Counted from the first letter of the stretch, positions 16,567 through 26,219 are shown. The stretch: 64,000 bases of DNA from an uncultured Bacteroidales bacterium (GCA_947165685.1 CAMVBK010000003.1:39299-103298), one strand, 5' to 3'. The notes: generated from the sequence alone by a model not told the origin. A program made the numbers and translations.

Positions 16567-17346
16567 CTATCGCCTCACGGCCACATCCGACACATCGACA
16601 ATTCGTTCGAGCGGCTCCCATTCGGAGAGGATTTCGGCAGAGATGGAGCCATCCTCCTTGACAATCTGATGGAGATAGGCGCCGTTGTCCGTTTTGTGGA
16701 GGACGCAGGAAAGTGTCTCTCCGAGGTACGACTCGTGCAGCCAGTGGATGACGTAGCGGTTGGTGCGGTGTGAGAGCAGGAACTCATCGGGCACGGTTAG
16801 CATAGCGATGCTGATATAGCTGCGGTTGTTGACGTGCCCGTTGAAGTCGAGGTCGAGTTGGTTGACCTTGTGGTCTGCCCGTTTGAGGATGTTGTCGCTT
16901 TTCGGGAAGCGCACCTTCTTGTGACTATCGGTCATCATTTCGGGCAGTGTCTCGATTTTCGGGGCCACGCTGTCGGTCGGTTCCAATTTGCGCGTGTCGG
17001 CGTTCATCAGGTTCCAGCAGCTGGTGCCCTTCGCAATCAGCGCGTGCGTGTCGGCGTTGGAGATGCGGTAGTCGGCATAGACTCGCAGCGCGGTGATCTC
17101 GCTGACCCAGATTTCCACCTCGATGTCATCGCCCCAGAAAGTGTCAGAAGGAGTCATTTCCGCGCTCATCTCGGTGATAATCCACATTTTGCGTTCTTTC
17201 ACCAGGTCGAATGCGGCCAGGTGCAGGCAGCCCATATAGCGGGCGAAGCTCTCCTGGAAGTAGAGCAACACCGCAGCAGGGCTCAGCCGGTAGTCCTTGT
17301 TCATGTCTTGACACGTTATCGTGTACTTATGGGTGTATTTGTTCAT
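16567..17346 (-). CDS. Acyl-ACP thioesterase family protein
   Basis: 259 aa with a double hot-dog layout. The N-terminal pattern Y.I...D.....LSP..L..YFQE is typical of FatA/B-like bacterial thioesterases. Confidence 0.65.
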   Translation of the reverse strand: MNKYTHKYTITCQDMNKDYRLSPAAVLLYFQESFARYMGCLHLAAFDLVKERKMWIITEMSAEMTPSDTFWGDDIEVEIWVSEITALRVYADYRISNADTHALIAKGTSCWNLMNADTRKLEPTDSVAPKIETLPEMMTDSHKKVRFPKSDNILKRADHKVNQLDLDFNGHVNNRSYISIAMLTVPDEFLLSHRTNRYVIHWLHESYLGETLSCVLHKTDNGAYLHQIVKEDGSISAEILSEWEPLERIVDVSDVAVRR

Positions 17347-17379
17347 ATTTTTTTAGGGGGTTTTAAAGGATGTGCCAGA

Positions 17380-18924
17380 TTATTCCACCACTTTCCAGTC
17401 CTGAATCTTGCGGGTTTCAGAGGAGAAGTTCACTCCGATCTTGTAGAGCTTGCGCGGGTCGTGGGCGAACGGCGCGGCGTATTGCCTCTCTTCGATCTGC
17501 GCCAGCGCCTCTTCGACGGATTTGTCTAACTTGAACTCGAACAGGTAGATGTAGTCGGCGGTCTGCACCACCATGTCCATGCGGCCGTCGGAAGTGTGCC
17601 GCTCGGTCTCCGTGTAGAAACCCAACATTTGGAAGATGAGGCTCACGGCATTGTGGAAGTAGAGCTCCGCGTCTCCGGCGATTTGGTAGTCTTGGTTGGC
17701 GAACAGGGACTCCAGACGTGCCATGAACTTCAAAGGCTCCCCTGCCTCTATCTCTTGCACGAAGTTCATCACAAACAGACCGGTCTTCTCTTTCCTGAGC
17801 GGCACGTAGTATGGGAACAGGAAGAGGTTGAACCCGCGTTCCACCTCTTGGTTCGGGAATCCGAGCTGGTAGGTTCGGAAACGTGCGTTGTAACTCTTGA
17901 TGGTAAGATAGCCGCTTTGGTAGAGCAGCGGTATTGGATTGGTGTCGATAGCGTCCAAACTCCCGAGCAAATCTGCCGTTACATTTTCGCGGGTGAGCTG
18001 CTCCAGGTCGTAATTATTGCGTTTCAGGACCTCCACCAGGAACGTGGGCGTGCCCGACTGGAACCACTGGTCGCCGAACTCCTTGCGTTTTAAGGCAGAC
18101 AACAGACTGAAAGGATTATACATCCCCGCGCTGTTGGGGTGGAAGTGGTAGCCGTCGTATTGTTCTTTCAGTCTCCCGTAGCACTCCTCCTTGGTCAGGC
18201 CGTTGGCCGCCGCCAGTTCCCCGACTTGTGCATCGATGTTGTCGCGGATTTCCTGCTCGGTGATGCCGCAGATTTCGGCATACTGCTCTGACAACGAGAT
18301 GTCTTCCAGGTTGTTGAGGTCGCTGAACACGCTCACTTTCGAGAACTTGGTCACACCGGTGAAGAAGGCGAGACGGATGCACGCATCCATGGTCTTGACC
18401 ACCCCGTAGAAACCTTTCAGAATCTTGCGGTAGTCGTCCTGAAGTTTCTCGTCGCCGATGGCCTGCAACAGCGGCTTGTCGTACTCATCCACCAGAATCA
18501 CCACCTGCCTGCCGGCTTGTTCGCAGGTGCGGCGGATGACGCCTTTGAATCGTTCGGAAAGAGTGTCTTCCGCCGGTTGTTTTCCGTAGGTTTCTTCAAA
18601 ACGTCGCAGATGCCCGTCAAGGATAGAGACCAGGGCTTCCTCGCTTCTGTAGTCGGCGGCGTTGAGGTCTATATGAAACACGGGATACGGGTTCCACTCG
18701 GTCTCTAATTTGCTGATGGCCAGTCCGTCGAACAATTCCTTTCGGCCTTGGAAGTAGGCCTCTAACGTGGTGATCAGCAGACTCTTGCCGAACCTGCGGG
18801 GACGGCTCAGAAAGAAGTATTTGCCGGAATTGGCCAAGTCATACACCAACTTCGTTTTGTCAATGTACAGAAAACCTTCTTTGATGATATTCGCGAATGT
18901 CTGTATGCCGATGGGGTATTTCAT
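17380..18924 (-). CDS. AAA-ATPase-like / PD-(D/E)XK nuclease family protein (DUF1703-type), copy 1
   Basis: MKYPIGIQTF...YIDKT...RPRRFGKSL (N-terminal ATPase-like domain). The C-terminal GRMDMVVQT..YIYLFEFK is a PD-(D/E)XK-like motif. Paralog at 28209-29753. Confidence 0.8.
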   Translation of the reverse strand: MKYPIGIQTFANIIKEGFLYIDKTKLVYDLANSGKYFFLSRPRRFGKSLLITTLEAYFQGRKELFDGLAISKLETEWNPYPVFHIDLNAADYRSEEALVSILDGHLRRFEETYGKQPAEDTLSERFKGVIRRTCEQAGRQVVILVDEYDKPLLQAIGDEKLQDDYRKILKGFYGVVKTMDACIRLAFFTGVTKFSKVSVFSDLNNLEDISLSEQYAEICGITEQEIRDNIDAQVGELAAANGLTKEECYGRLKEQYDGYHFHPNSAGMYNPFSLLSALKRKEFGDQWFQSGTPTFLVEVLKRNNYDLEQLTRENVTADLLGSLDAIDTNPIPLLYQSGYLTIKSYNARFRTYQLGFPNQEVERGFNLFLFPYYVPLRKEKTGLFVMNFVQEIEAGEPLKFMARLESLFANQDYQIAGDAELYFHNAVSLIFQMLGFYTETERHTSDGRMDMVVQTADYIYLFEFKLDKSVEEALAQIEERQYAAPFAHDPRKLYKIGVNFSSETRKIQDWKVVE

Positions 18925-19008
18925 AGGGATATATTTTCAGGCTGCAAAGATAGGATTTATTTCCGATAGCGGATGCCTTGTCGCTATGCTTTTGTGGTGT
19001 TTGGAATT

Positions 19009-19091
19009 ATGGCGCGAAGATAATGTTTTTTCGGGTTGGGGCGACAATTAAGATATTTTTTTGACGACAACAGAGACAACTTGGACAACAT
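19009..19091 (-). repeat. Inverted extra copy of the about-85-bp orphan-cassette leader element
   Basis: The reverse complement aligns at about 85% by eye with 23134-23216 (gttgtc..gttgtcgtcaaaaaa..atcttaattgt..ccaacccgaaaaaa..ttatcttcgcgccat). No toxin ORF follows it. Confidence 0.75.
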
Positions 19092-19164
19092 GATTGCCCC
19101 ATGGCGGGACGGGAGGATTTTGTCGGGTATGTGTCGGTGTGGATCATGGCGCGAACTATATTCA

Positions 19165-20415
19165 TCATCGTTTCGTAATAACAAATTCCACCCGCCGGTT
19201 CAGCCTGAAGTCATCATTGCCGAAACATTTCCTACATCCCTCTCCTGACAACTTGTTGCAATCGATTAAGGGATAGTAATCATAGCATTGCTTTCCCGTA
19301 ACGTAGGACGTGTCCACACCTTTATTCCCCAAATAGAAAATAATCTCTTCGTACATATACAACAACAAGCTTATAGAATAGGAGTCATCATATTCTTTAA
19401 GTGACAGGTGTATGTCAACCTCTACGGATTTCACATCTTTATGTGAGATCAAGTAAGCCGCAATCGAATCCAAGAGAACGCGATTCTGATAGTCGTTGGT
19501 GTCCAAATGCAGAGTTACAAACTGAAAACAAATATCATGCGTTCTGAGCATCACCTTTTTAGAATCAGAATGAGCCAGCTCGTGAACGGTTTTGACCACG
19601 GGAATGGTATCGTCTCGCAAAGTCGTCTGCGCACTTCTTTTGTTTGTTGATGAAAGACTATCGGCAACCGTCACCATTATGCGACTATTGTATTTCATCG
19701 CCTTGGATTTTTCATCTGCGGGGAGATTGCGTATAAACTCCTCGTCCAAAAGGTCCTTAAAATGAAAATAGTTGTCAAATTCCTCCGGATATACTATTTG
19801 ATAAGGTTCAAAAGGATGCATAAGGACATCTATCTTTGAAGAATCCACACCATGTTGTAACAATATGTTTTTCACGCAATTTATTCTTTGTTCGCACAGT
19901 GTCTGGTCTTCTGAAATACAAAAAGCATTTAGTTGTATGATGAAATTGTTGGCTTTCTGAATTTTCCCCAACCACAAAACCGGGTATGTATAAATAGTGT
20001 TGAAATTTGTGTCGGGAACGATGCTTGCACTGTCGAAAAAGAATGCAGGCAGTTGCGGTTCTGAAAAAATGTAGTTCATTTTAACATGAATAGTTGTATC
20101 AGATAAGTTTTTTGGAATCTTTAAGTCAAAGACTTTGTCATGATAGTGGAATTTGTGAACTCTGATTCTGAATGCGTGGTCTATGGCATTGTCCAACACG
20201 AAGTGTGCGACATGGGGTTCATCAAAAGAAGGGAATACAATAGAGTCGTCGATATAAACACTATAACTGGTAACAATCTCTTCTGTCAAAGAGTCTGTGG
20301 CAAATAACGTTAATTTAACCGATTGTGTTCTTGCTATACCTGGCAATATCAACAAGATGCTTAATCCAATCCATGCAAAGATACTATTGATTTGATTCCT
20401 GCTCATATAACGCAT
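19165..20415 (-). CDS. Exported protein with two degenerate OmpA-like (peptidoglycan-binding) regions
   Basis: Has an N-terminal signal/TM segment and ends in FRLNRRVEFVITKR (OmpA C-terminal signature). A second OmpA-like stretch lies around FFFDSASIV...LCEQRINCVKNILLQHGVD. The gene is AT-rich. Confidence 0.5.
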   Translation of the reverse strand: MRYMSRNQINSIFAWIGLSILLILPGIARTQSVKLTLFATDSLTEEIVTSYSVYIDDSIVFPSFDEPHVAHFVLDNAIDHAFRIRVHKFHYHDKVFDLKIPKNLSDTTIHVKMNYIFSEPQLPAFFFDSASIVPDTNFNTIYTYPVLWLGKIQKANNFIIQLNAFCISEDQTLCEQRINCVKNILLQHGVDSSKIDVLMHPFEPYQIVYPEEFDNYFHFKDLLDEEFIRNLPADEKSKAMKYNSRIMVTVADSLSSTNKRSAQTTLRDDTIPVVKTVHELAHSDSKKVMLRTHDICFQFVTLHLDTNDYQNRVLLDSIAAYLISHKDVKSVEVDIHLSLKEYDDSYSISLLLYMYEEIIFYLGNKGVDTSYVTGKQCYDYYPLIDCNKLSGEGCRKCFGNDDFRLNRRVEFVITKR

Positions 20416-20723
20416 TCCTTTCTGTTTGCTCTTTTTCCTTCATCTCTATCATATCAGATGGCGTTTCAACAAAATCAGAGTTACTTTAATCCCGTATATT
20501 TCTTTCAATTTTAGCTGTTGATAAACCAGCAAATCATTGTTGATAAATAAATTAGCAACAACTTGCTGTTCTCGTGTCTTTCACCTGTTTTTGCGATTGC
20601 TTACTACAACAAACAATTGGCGAGAAATAAACACGGCAGCAAAAATACAAATTAAAAACGACAGAATCAACAGTTTCGTTTTTTTTCATCATCGATCAAT
20701 TTCGTTCATCCAGGCTTGCCGAA

Positions 20724-22511
20724 TTGGCTAACAAGTCATTGGGAATCAAATGGATAAATGCGGGCAGCAACTATTTCAACGATTATTCGCAGGAGGCCGT
20801 TCCCCTTTACAACGGGAACATTTCCGCCCTTTCCGAAAGTATCTATAACTTATGGAACAGAGGGATTCTAAAACTTTTCCGTTACGACAAGTTGAACAGG
20901 ATCAAAAGGATGCGAACGGCCGCACATCATTTCGAGGGGTCTGGATGGGAGACACCCTCCGACAACTTTGCCACGGATTACACCTACGACTGGAACGGAA
21001 ATTTGCTATCTTTGCGGCGCAAAAACCAATACGGCGAGGAGATGCACGATATCCGATATACGTACCCGAATGGCAACAATCGCCTGGGAAGCATAGCTGC
21101 CACCGGTATTTCATCCAGTGTCTATCAGTACGATGCGTTGGGCAACCTGGTGCGCGACAATGCCGAGGGTTTGACCGTGGGCTGGAACGCCTTGGGAAAA
21201 GTGGATACCATCCGCAGGAACGGTAACCTCCTGTCCGCATTCCGCTACAGTCCCACGGGCCAGCGGCAGGTGAAGACCGACTCCTCGGGCACGGCCTTCT
21301 ACATCCACGACGCCACGGGCAACGTGATGTGCATTTACCGGCAGGATGGCGACACCCTGAGAGCCACGGAGCGGTATCTATATGGCAGCAAGCGTTTAGG
21401 CATGTTGGAGCAACAGGTGTGGATTGCCGCGGGCGGCGTGGCACGATTGCAGGATGCCAGCACCATAGGGGCCCGTGTTTACGAGTTTACCGACCATTTG
21501 GGCAATGTGACCTACACGGCACAAGACCGGAAATACCTTGTGCCGGACAGTTATGGCCAACTTCAATATCTCCCTTCCACGGTCACCTACACCGACTACT
21601 ACCCCTTCGGCTACCCCATGCCAGGCCGAAGTTCCTACATGGGGGGTTATCGGTACTTCTTCAATGGGCAGGAGTCTGATAATGAGGTGTTTGGGGAAGT
21701 GATGAGTTTGACCGCTGAATTCTGGCAGTACGATACGAGGTTGGGCCGGAGGTGGAATGTGGACCCCGTGTTCAAGGAGTACGAGAGTCCGTATGCGTGC
21801 TTCGCGGGGAATCCGGTGCGGTTTGCGGATCCGAGAGGAAAGGATGGACGCGTTACTTATACTGAGACTGAAAATGGAGGAGACATTGTTGTTGAAACAA
21901 AATTCTTCGTTTATGGCAAAGGTGCAGAGATTGCTGTAGAAAACGCGAACAAACAGTTTGCTAAGTTAAACACATCCACTTCTGTTGTGATTGATGGAAA
22001 GACATACAATATCAGGCTGAATATCACATGGGAGGTTCGTCAAGATCTTGCAGACATGGACATTGAGAATATGGATTATGCCGATCTTCAATCAATAGAA
22101 GGGTATCAGGAAGGGGACAATTTCCTAAAAGTAGGGGTTCCCGTAGGAGGAGGAAGAACTGGTTTCCTCGGTGAAGGATACAAGGGCGGAAATACAGGTT
22201 ATTCTTTGGTAACATCCGCAGATGCGGTACTCCATGAATCTTTCCACAATCTGGGATTTAAAGATACGTATTATCAAAAAGGATTCGAACGCGACGTAAT
22301 GTCAAGTGGAGCACTTGCGGGACAAGAAATCAATCAAATTCATTACGAGGCTTTGATTCCTATTATTTTGCAAAACTATAATTACATCAAAGAACGTGTC
22401 ATTGCCAATCAGACGTTGGGGACTAACTGGCCTGTCCATAAATTGGGACTGGACATTAACAATCCGAAACAGTTTCATATTTTGCTACGAAGTATCTATC
22501 TGGATTATTAA
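20724..22511 (+). CDS. RHS repeat-associated core protein, 5'-truncated, with an HExxH C-terminal toxin domain
   Basis: YD repeats YTYDWNGNLLSL and YQYDALGNLV, plus DHLGN and YYPFG. The core end is GGYRYFFNGQESDNE..RLGRRWNVDPV..FADPRGKDG, followed by an unrelated tail containing HESFH. An in-frame stop sits at 20628 and the first start is TTG, so the usual long N-terminal shell is absent. Confidence 0.8.
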   Translation: MANKSLGIKWINAGSNYFNDYSQEAVPLYNGNISALSESIYNLWNRGILKLFRYDKLNRIKRMRTAAHHFEGSGWETPSDNFATDYTYDWNGNLLSLRRKNQYGEEMHDIRYTYPNGNNRLGSIAATGISSSVYQYDALGNLVRDNAEGLTVGWNALGKVDTIRRNGNLLSAFRYSPTGQRQVKTDSSGTAFYIHDATGNVMCIYRQDGDTLRATERYLYGSKRLGMLEQQVWIAAGGVARLQDASTIGARVYEFTDHLGNVTYTAQDRKYLVPDSYGQLQYLPSTVTYTDYYPFGYPMPGRSSYMGGYRYFFNGQESDNEVFGEVMSLTAEFWQYDTRLGRRWNVDPVFKEYESPYACFAGNPVRFADPRGKDGRVTYTETENGGDIVVETKFFVYGKGAEIAVENANKQFAKLNTSTSVVIDGKTYNIRLNITWEVRQDLADMDIENMDYADLQSIEGYQEGDNFLKVGVPVGGGRTGFLGEGYKGGNTGYSLVTSADAVLHESFHNLGFKDTYYQKGFERDVMSSGALAGQEINQIHYEALIPIILQNYNYIKERVIANQTLGTNWPVHKLGLDINNPKQFHILLRSIYLDY

Positions 22512-22515
22512 AACC

Positions 22516-23130
22516 ATGAGACTGACTACGTTAATTTTATATTTGCTGTTACCCATATTCTGTATTGGGCAAAGCAGTGCTGAACAAAAGTTCTGTTTCT
22601 GCTTTTTTGACAAATTTGGAGCAGAAGTAACCCCTTCTGAAATGCTGGTGCTGGACAACACAGGGGGTGTTTTTAATTTAGACAGTTCCAAATGTTTTCG
22701 TCATAAGGCCGACACGTCTTATTCTTTTATTTTGCAGGTGATAGACAGAAATTATTACTTTTCCCAAAAACAGTATGATGCCAATGAGATGTCGGGCTGT
22801 GACACGGTTCGATTGGAAAACATGGAGTGTATTAACAAACTCGCCTTCAGCTCTCACCGATTGAAACTGAACAACCGTCAGAAAAAGCAGATCGCCTCCT
22901 TCTTCTCAAACAGTAGGCGCGGGTTCCATCGCATTGCCATTCTTGTAGGGAAACCAACACGTGCGAAAACAGAAGCGAAACAGTGCGTCAACGATATCAT
23001 CAGATTATACGAAAAGGATTTGAAAGCAAGAAACATTCAGCAAACGCCCGAAGTGATGGTGCATTTCTACAATTTGCCTGAGGGGGGAAATACTTTTACG
23101 TTTGAGATTGAAGCGTATGATTACAAATAA
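22516..23130 (+). CDS. Putative immunity protein 1 (exported)
   Basis: Starts 5 nt after the toxin stop. Signal peptide MRLTTLILYLLLPIFCIGQSS. AT-rich with no known motif; assigned by position. Confidence 0.5.
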   Translation: MRLTTLILYLLLPIFCIGQSSAEQKFCFCFFDKFGAEVTPSEMLVLDNTGGVFNLDSSKCFRHKADTSYSFILQVIDRNYYFSQKQYDANEMSGCDTVRLENMECINKLAFSSHRLKLNNRQKKQIASFFSNSRRGFHRIAILVGKPTRAKTEAKQCVNDIIRLYEKDLKARNIQQTPEVMVHFYNLPEGGNTFTFEIEAYDYK

Positions 23131-23201
23131 CTGTTGTTCCGCGTTGTCCCCGTTGTCGTCAAAAAACACATCTTAATTGTTTCACCAACCCGAAAAAAAC
23201 T

Positions 23202-23209
23202 TATCTTCG
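23202..23209 (+). promoter_or_regulatory. -7-like box TAtcTTCG 4 nt upstream of the orphan-1 ATG
   Basis: cttatcttcgcgccATG. The same arrangement occurs at 25152-25159, with a degenerate version at 26585-26594. Confidence 0.4.
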
Positions 23210-23213
23210 CGCC

Positions 23214-24155
23214 ATGAACCACACCTCCACATACCCGCCAAAATTCCCCCGTCCCGCCATGGGGGGTTATCGGTACTTCTTCAACGGGCAGGAGGCTGAT
23301 AATGAGGTGCTTGGAGAAGGGATGAGTTTGGCCGCTGAATTTTGGCAGTACGACACGAGATTGGGCAGGAGGTGGAATGTGGACCCTGTGTTCAAGGAGT
23401 ACGAGAGTCCGTATGCGTGCTTCGCGGGGAATCCGGTATGGTTTGCGGACAGATTTGGAGCGGATACCGCATTCGACGATAACATAGCTAGAAATAATTT
23501 CTTAGAAAGTTATCAGTGGATTATTGGCCAAATATCATCAATCGAGAATAAAACTGCTGCTATTCGAGCGCAAGCTGCCCAGAAAGGATGGAATGACAAT
23601 AAAACAAATAGTAAAATCGACAAATTATTTGGTAAATACGACTACAACACGCTTCTTGAGATGAGGCAAGGATTTGAGGAAATCATGAGAGATCCTAACA
23701 TAATCGTCACATATTCAACAAACGAAGATATGATAGAAGACTTTACCGGGGGGCACACAAAACATGTTGACGACCTACATGTGAATGTATATTTCCGACG
23801 AAACAAGTTAGGGACCCTCATTCATGAATCCCGTCACGCATGGGGAGTGATAAGAAAAGAGTGGTCATTTAGAGGCGGATATGATACCACAGACGAACTA
23901 GTTGCTTTCACTTGGCAAAGTGTTAAAGATCCGACCGCAGTGAATTTATTTAAAGAAACCGTTTCAAAAATATACTATCGGAATGATTTGAGCCAAATGA
24001 TTGAAATGAGCTTGAGCAGTGCCATCAACTATTATTACATTGAAGTCTTGCATAAGAACATGACCAGAAGTGCTATACCTATACCAGAACCCTTCACTCA
24101 AATAAAAAACATTCAAACCGCAGGTTCTTATATCAGAAAACTCCTGAAAAGATAA
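23214..24155 (+). CDS. Orphan RHS C-terminal module 1 (core end plus an HExxH-containing tail)
   Basis: MNHTSTYPPKFPRPAMGGYRYFFNGQEADNE..RLGRRWNVDPVFKEYESPYACFAGNPVWFADRFG, then a unique tail containing LIHESRHAWG. Confidence 0.75.
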   Translation: MNHTSTYPPKFPRPAMGGYRYFFNGQEADNEVLGEGMSLAAEFWQYDTRLGRRWNVDPVFKEYESPYACFAGNPVWFADRFGADTAFDDNIARNNFLESYQWIIGQISSIENKTAAIRAQAAQKGWNDNKTNSKIDKLFGKYDYNTLLEMRQGFEEIMRDPNIIVTYSTNEDMIEDFTGGHTKHVDDLHVNVYFRRNKLGTLIHESRHAWGVIRKEWSFRGGYDTTDELVAFTWQSVKDPTAVNLFKETVSKIYYRNDLSQMIEMSLSSAINYYYIEVLHKNMTRSAIPIPEPFTQIKNIQTAGSYIRKLLKR

Positions 24156-24203
24156 CTTTAGTTTAGAAGAAGTATTCAATGTCCTCAAATAGTCACATAT
24201 AAA

Positions 24204-25151
24204 ATGAAACGTGCTCTTTATAATCTTGTAACATTCCTCTGTTTTCTAAACTTGCCATCGCTGCATGCACAAAACCAACCACCCGTTTGGATAGAAATTG
24301 TTCAGGGTGGCTTCCCCAATTACATAATCTTTTCACGTTATGGGGTGATTGTGTCAACGTTTGATTATAATCTCAATGACCGCTTGCACCTTTTTAATAC
24401 CTCATACTACCCGACAAGGACATTAGGTAACAGTCACATAGATAGTCTGCTTGAATATGTCGTTTTTCAGTATCAAAACTCAGAGCACAAAAAATTTATC
24501 ACTCATGATGTGTTGATATTGGATGGCTCTTATACAGAAATCAGAATCCATAACGGTCATTCAATTAACACATTAAGGACAACCGAAGAGTGCTACAGCA
24601 AAGAGATGGATATTATTGAACGAATGGCAAATCAAATCCTTAGCGAATTATCGGACTCTAACAGAATAGATCTCGGTGGGTATTGCGATCATTGTGAAAT
24701 CGTCAAAGCATCGCCTTATTGTCATTTCAAAACAATGGAGAATCCGACATTCTATGGATTTTTCTTCCAAATGATTGTTGATGACGAAGTTCTTCTTACT
24801 CTTCATGATGACCTTGGCATATTATATCAAGATACCGATGTGATTTTCATACCACGATTCCCGAACCGCGTCAAAAGGCATGAGTTCATGAATTGGAGAA
24901 AGCTGCTTTATCAAACGATAAGAACGGATATCCTCCAAAGTCAATTTGACACAACACCTTCATATACAGGTGGCTATTTGTTGGTTCGACTTGATGACAA
25001 GTGGGCATATATGAATCACGTGGACAGAAAAGTTATTAATAAATGGCTGAACAAAATGGAATGCGTCGTGCCACGCGCTTATCGCAAATCCTTCAAACGC
25101 AAAAAAACAATGATACTCCAATCGTGGAATAAAAATGTATCTAATATTTAG
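24204..25151 (+). CDS. Putative immunity protein 2 (exported)
   Basis: Signal peptide MKRALYNLVTFLCFLNLPSLHAQ. Assigned by its position after the orphan toxin. AT-rich. Confidence 0.5.
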   Translation: MKRALYNLVTFLCFLNLPSLHAQNQPPVWIEIVQGGFPNYIIFSRYGVIVSTFDYNLNDRLHLFNTSYYPTRTLGNSHIDSLLEYVVFQYQNSEHKKFITHDVLILDGSYTEIRIHNGHSINTLRTTEECYSKEMDIIERMANQILSELSDSNRIDLGGYCDHCEIVKASPYCHFKTMENPTFYGFFFQMIVDDEVLLTLHDDLGILYQDTDVIFIPRFPNRVKRHEFMNWRKLLYQTIRTDILQSQFDTTPSYTGGYLLVRLDDKWAYMNHVDRKVINKWLNKMECVVPRAYRKSFKRKKTMILQSWNKNVSNI

Positions 25152-25159
25152 TATCTTCG
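25152..25159 (+). promoter_or_regulatory. -7-like box TAtcTTCG 4 nt upstream of the orphan-2 ATG
   Basis: agtatcttcgcgccATG. Confidence 0.4.
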
Positions 25160-25163
25160 CGCC

Positions 25164-26219
25164 ATGATCCGCACCGCCACATACCCGCCCCAGCCCCCTC
25201 GTTACTATAAGGGGGGGTATCGGTACTTTTTCAACGGGCAAGAGGGAGATAACGAGGTGCTTGGGGAGGGGACTCTGCACGCCTTCGAGTACCGCATGCA
25301 CGACACGCGCACCGGGCGGTTCTGGAGCGTTGATCCCTTGGCGGGGAAGTTCCCGTGGTGGTCCACTTATCAGTTCGCAGGACTTATGCCAACATGGAGC
25401 AGAGAGCTGGAAGGGTTGGAACCGCTTAATAAAGGGAGTTATAATGGTCAAGGTGCTTATGCTCCTGTATTGGACGAAAACAATAATCCCGTTGATGGTA
25501 CAGAAGACCAAACTTGGATATGGAACAACGACACTTGGAATCAATCTGAATATGCCATTGTATATGAAATAATGAACAGTGTTTTCAAAAACGCCAAACC
25601 CTCGTTATTGAGAGGTGCCGAAGTCGCAGTAAATTTGTATGGCTCCACGTTTGGCATAAATAATCGGGAGGCTATTTGTCATTTCTTTGCGCAAGCAGGA
25701 CATGAAAGTGCTGGATTCACTAAAGTCGAAGAGAGTTTCAATTACACTGTCAAAGGTCTGTTGGGAACCTTCGGTAAATATTTCTACGTAGGAGCTCCTG
25801 TGGAAGGCAAATTTAATGCTGAAGAATATGGCCGAACAAACGATCATCCGGCAAACTATGAAGGTATTGCCAATATTGTTTATGACAATCGAATGGGTAA
25901 TGGGAAAAATGAAGGCTATTTGTATCGAGGTCGAGGATTAATACAATTAACAGGAAAGTCAAATTATCAAGCTTTTACGAACTACTTGAATAAAACGTTC
26001 ACGAACAATACAGTTGATTTTGTCCAATCACCTCAACTGGTGGCAACAGATCAATATGCGGTATTAAGTGCCATGTGGTTTTTCAAAAAGAACGTTATTG
26101 ACAAGATTGACATTGATAATGCAAGTGTAAAAGATGTGACGAAAATTGTTAATGGAGGGTATAATGGGTTGAAAGACCGCGAGAGTAAATATGAACAACT
26201 AAAAAACACTCTAAAGTGA
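25164..26219 (+). CDS. Orphan RHS C-terminal module 2 with a GH19/COG3179-like peptidoglycan hydrolase (chitinase/lysozyme) tail
   Basis: The core end is diverged: GGYRYFFNGQEGDNE..TRTGRFWSVDPLAGKFPWWSTYQFAG. The tail has ICHFFAQAGHESAGF, YRGRGLIQLTGKSNYQAF and LSAMWFF, which are GH19-type motifs. Confidence 0.75.
   Translation: MIRTATYPPQPPRYYKGGYRYFFNGQEGDNEVLGEGTLHAFEYRMHDTRTGRFWSVDPLAGKFPWWSTYQFAGLMPTWSRELEGLEPLNKGSYNGQGAYAPVLDENNNPVDGTEDQTWIWNNDTWNQSEYAIVYEIMNSVFKNAKPSLLRGAEVAVNLYGSTFGINNREAICHFFAQAGHESAGFTKVEESFNYTVKGLLGTFGKYFYVGAPVEGKFNAEEYGRTNDHPANYEGIANIVYDNRMGNGKNEGYLYRGRGLIQLTGKSNYQAFTNYLNKTFTNNTVDFVQSPQLVATDQYAVLSAMWFFKKNVIDKIDIDNASVKDVTKIVNGGYNGLKDRESKYEQLKNTLK

Noticed and set aside
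20552-20689. 45-codon minus-strand ORF MKKNETVDSVVFNLYFCCRVYFSPIVCCSKQSQKQVKDTRTASCC with three CC pairs, in the spacer between the OmpA-like gene and the RHS fragment.
   Set aside because: It is below the ORF-track size cutoff. I found no promoter box or coupling, and its start sits in an A8/T8 run. The Cys pattern is intriguing but cannot be separated from chance.
20724-22511. Calling the RHS loci T6SS effector loci.
   Set aside because: No T6SS structural, PAAR, VgrG or adaptor genes occur in the window, and the N-terminal regions that would carry such determinants are absent. The delivery route is left open.
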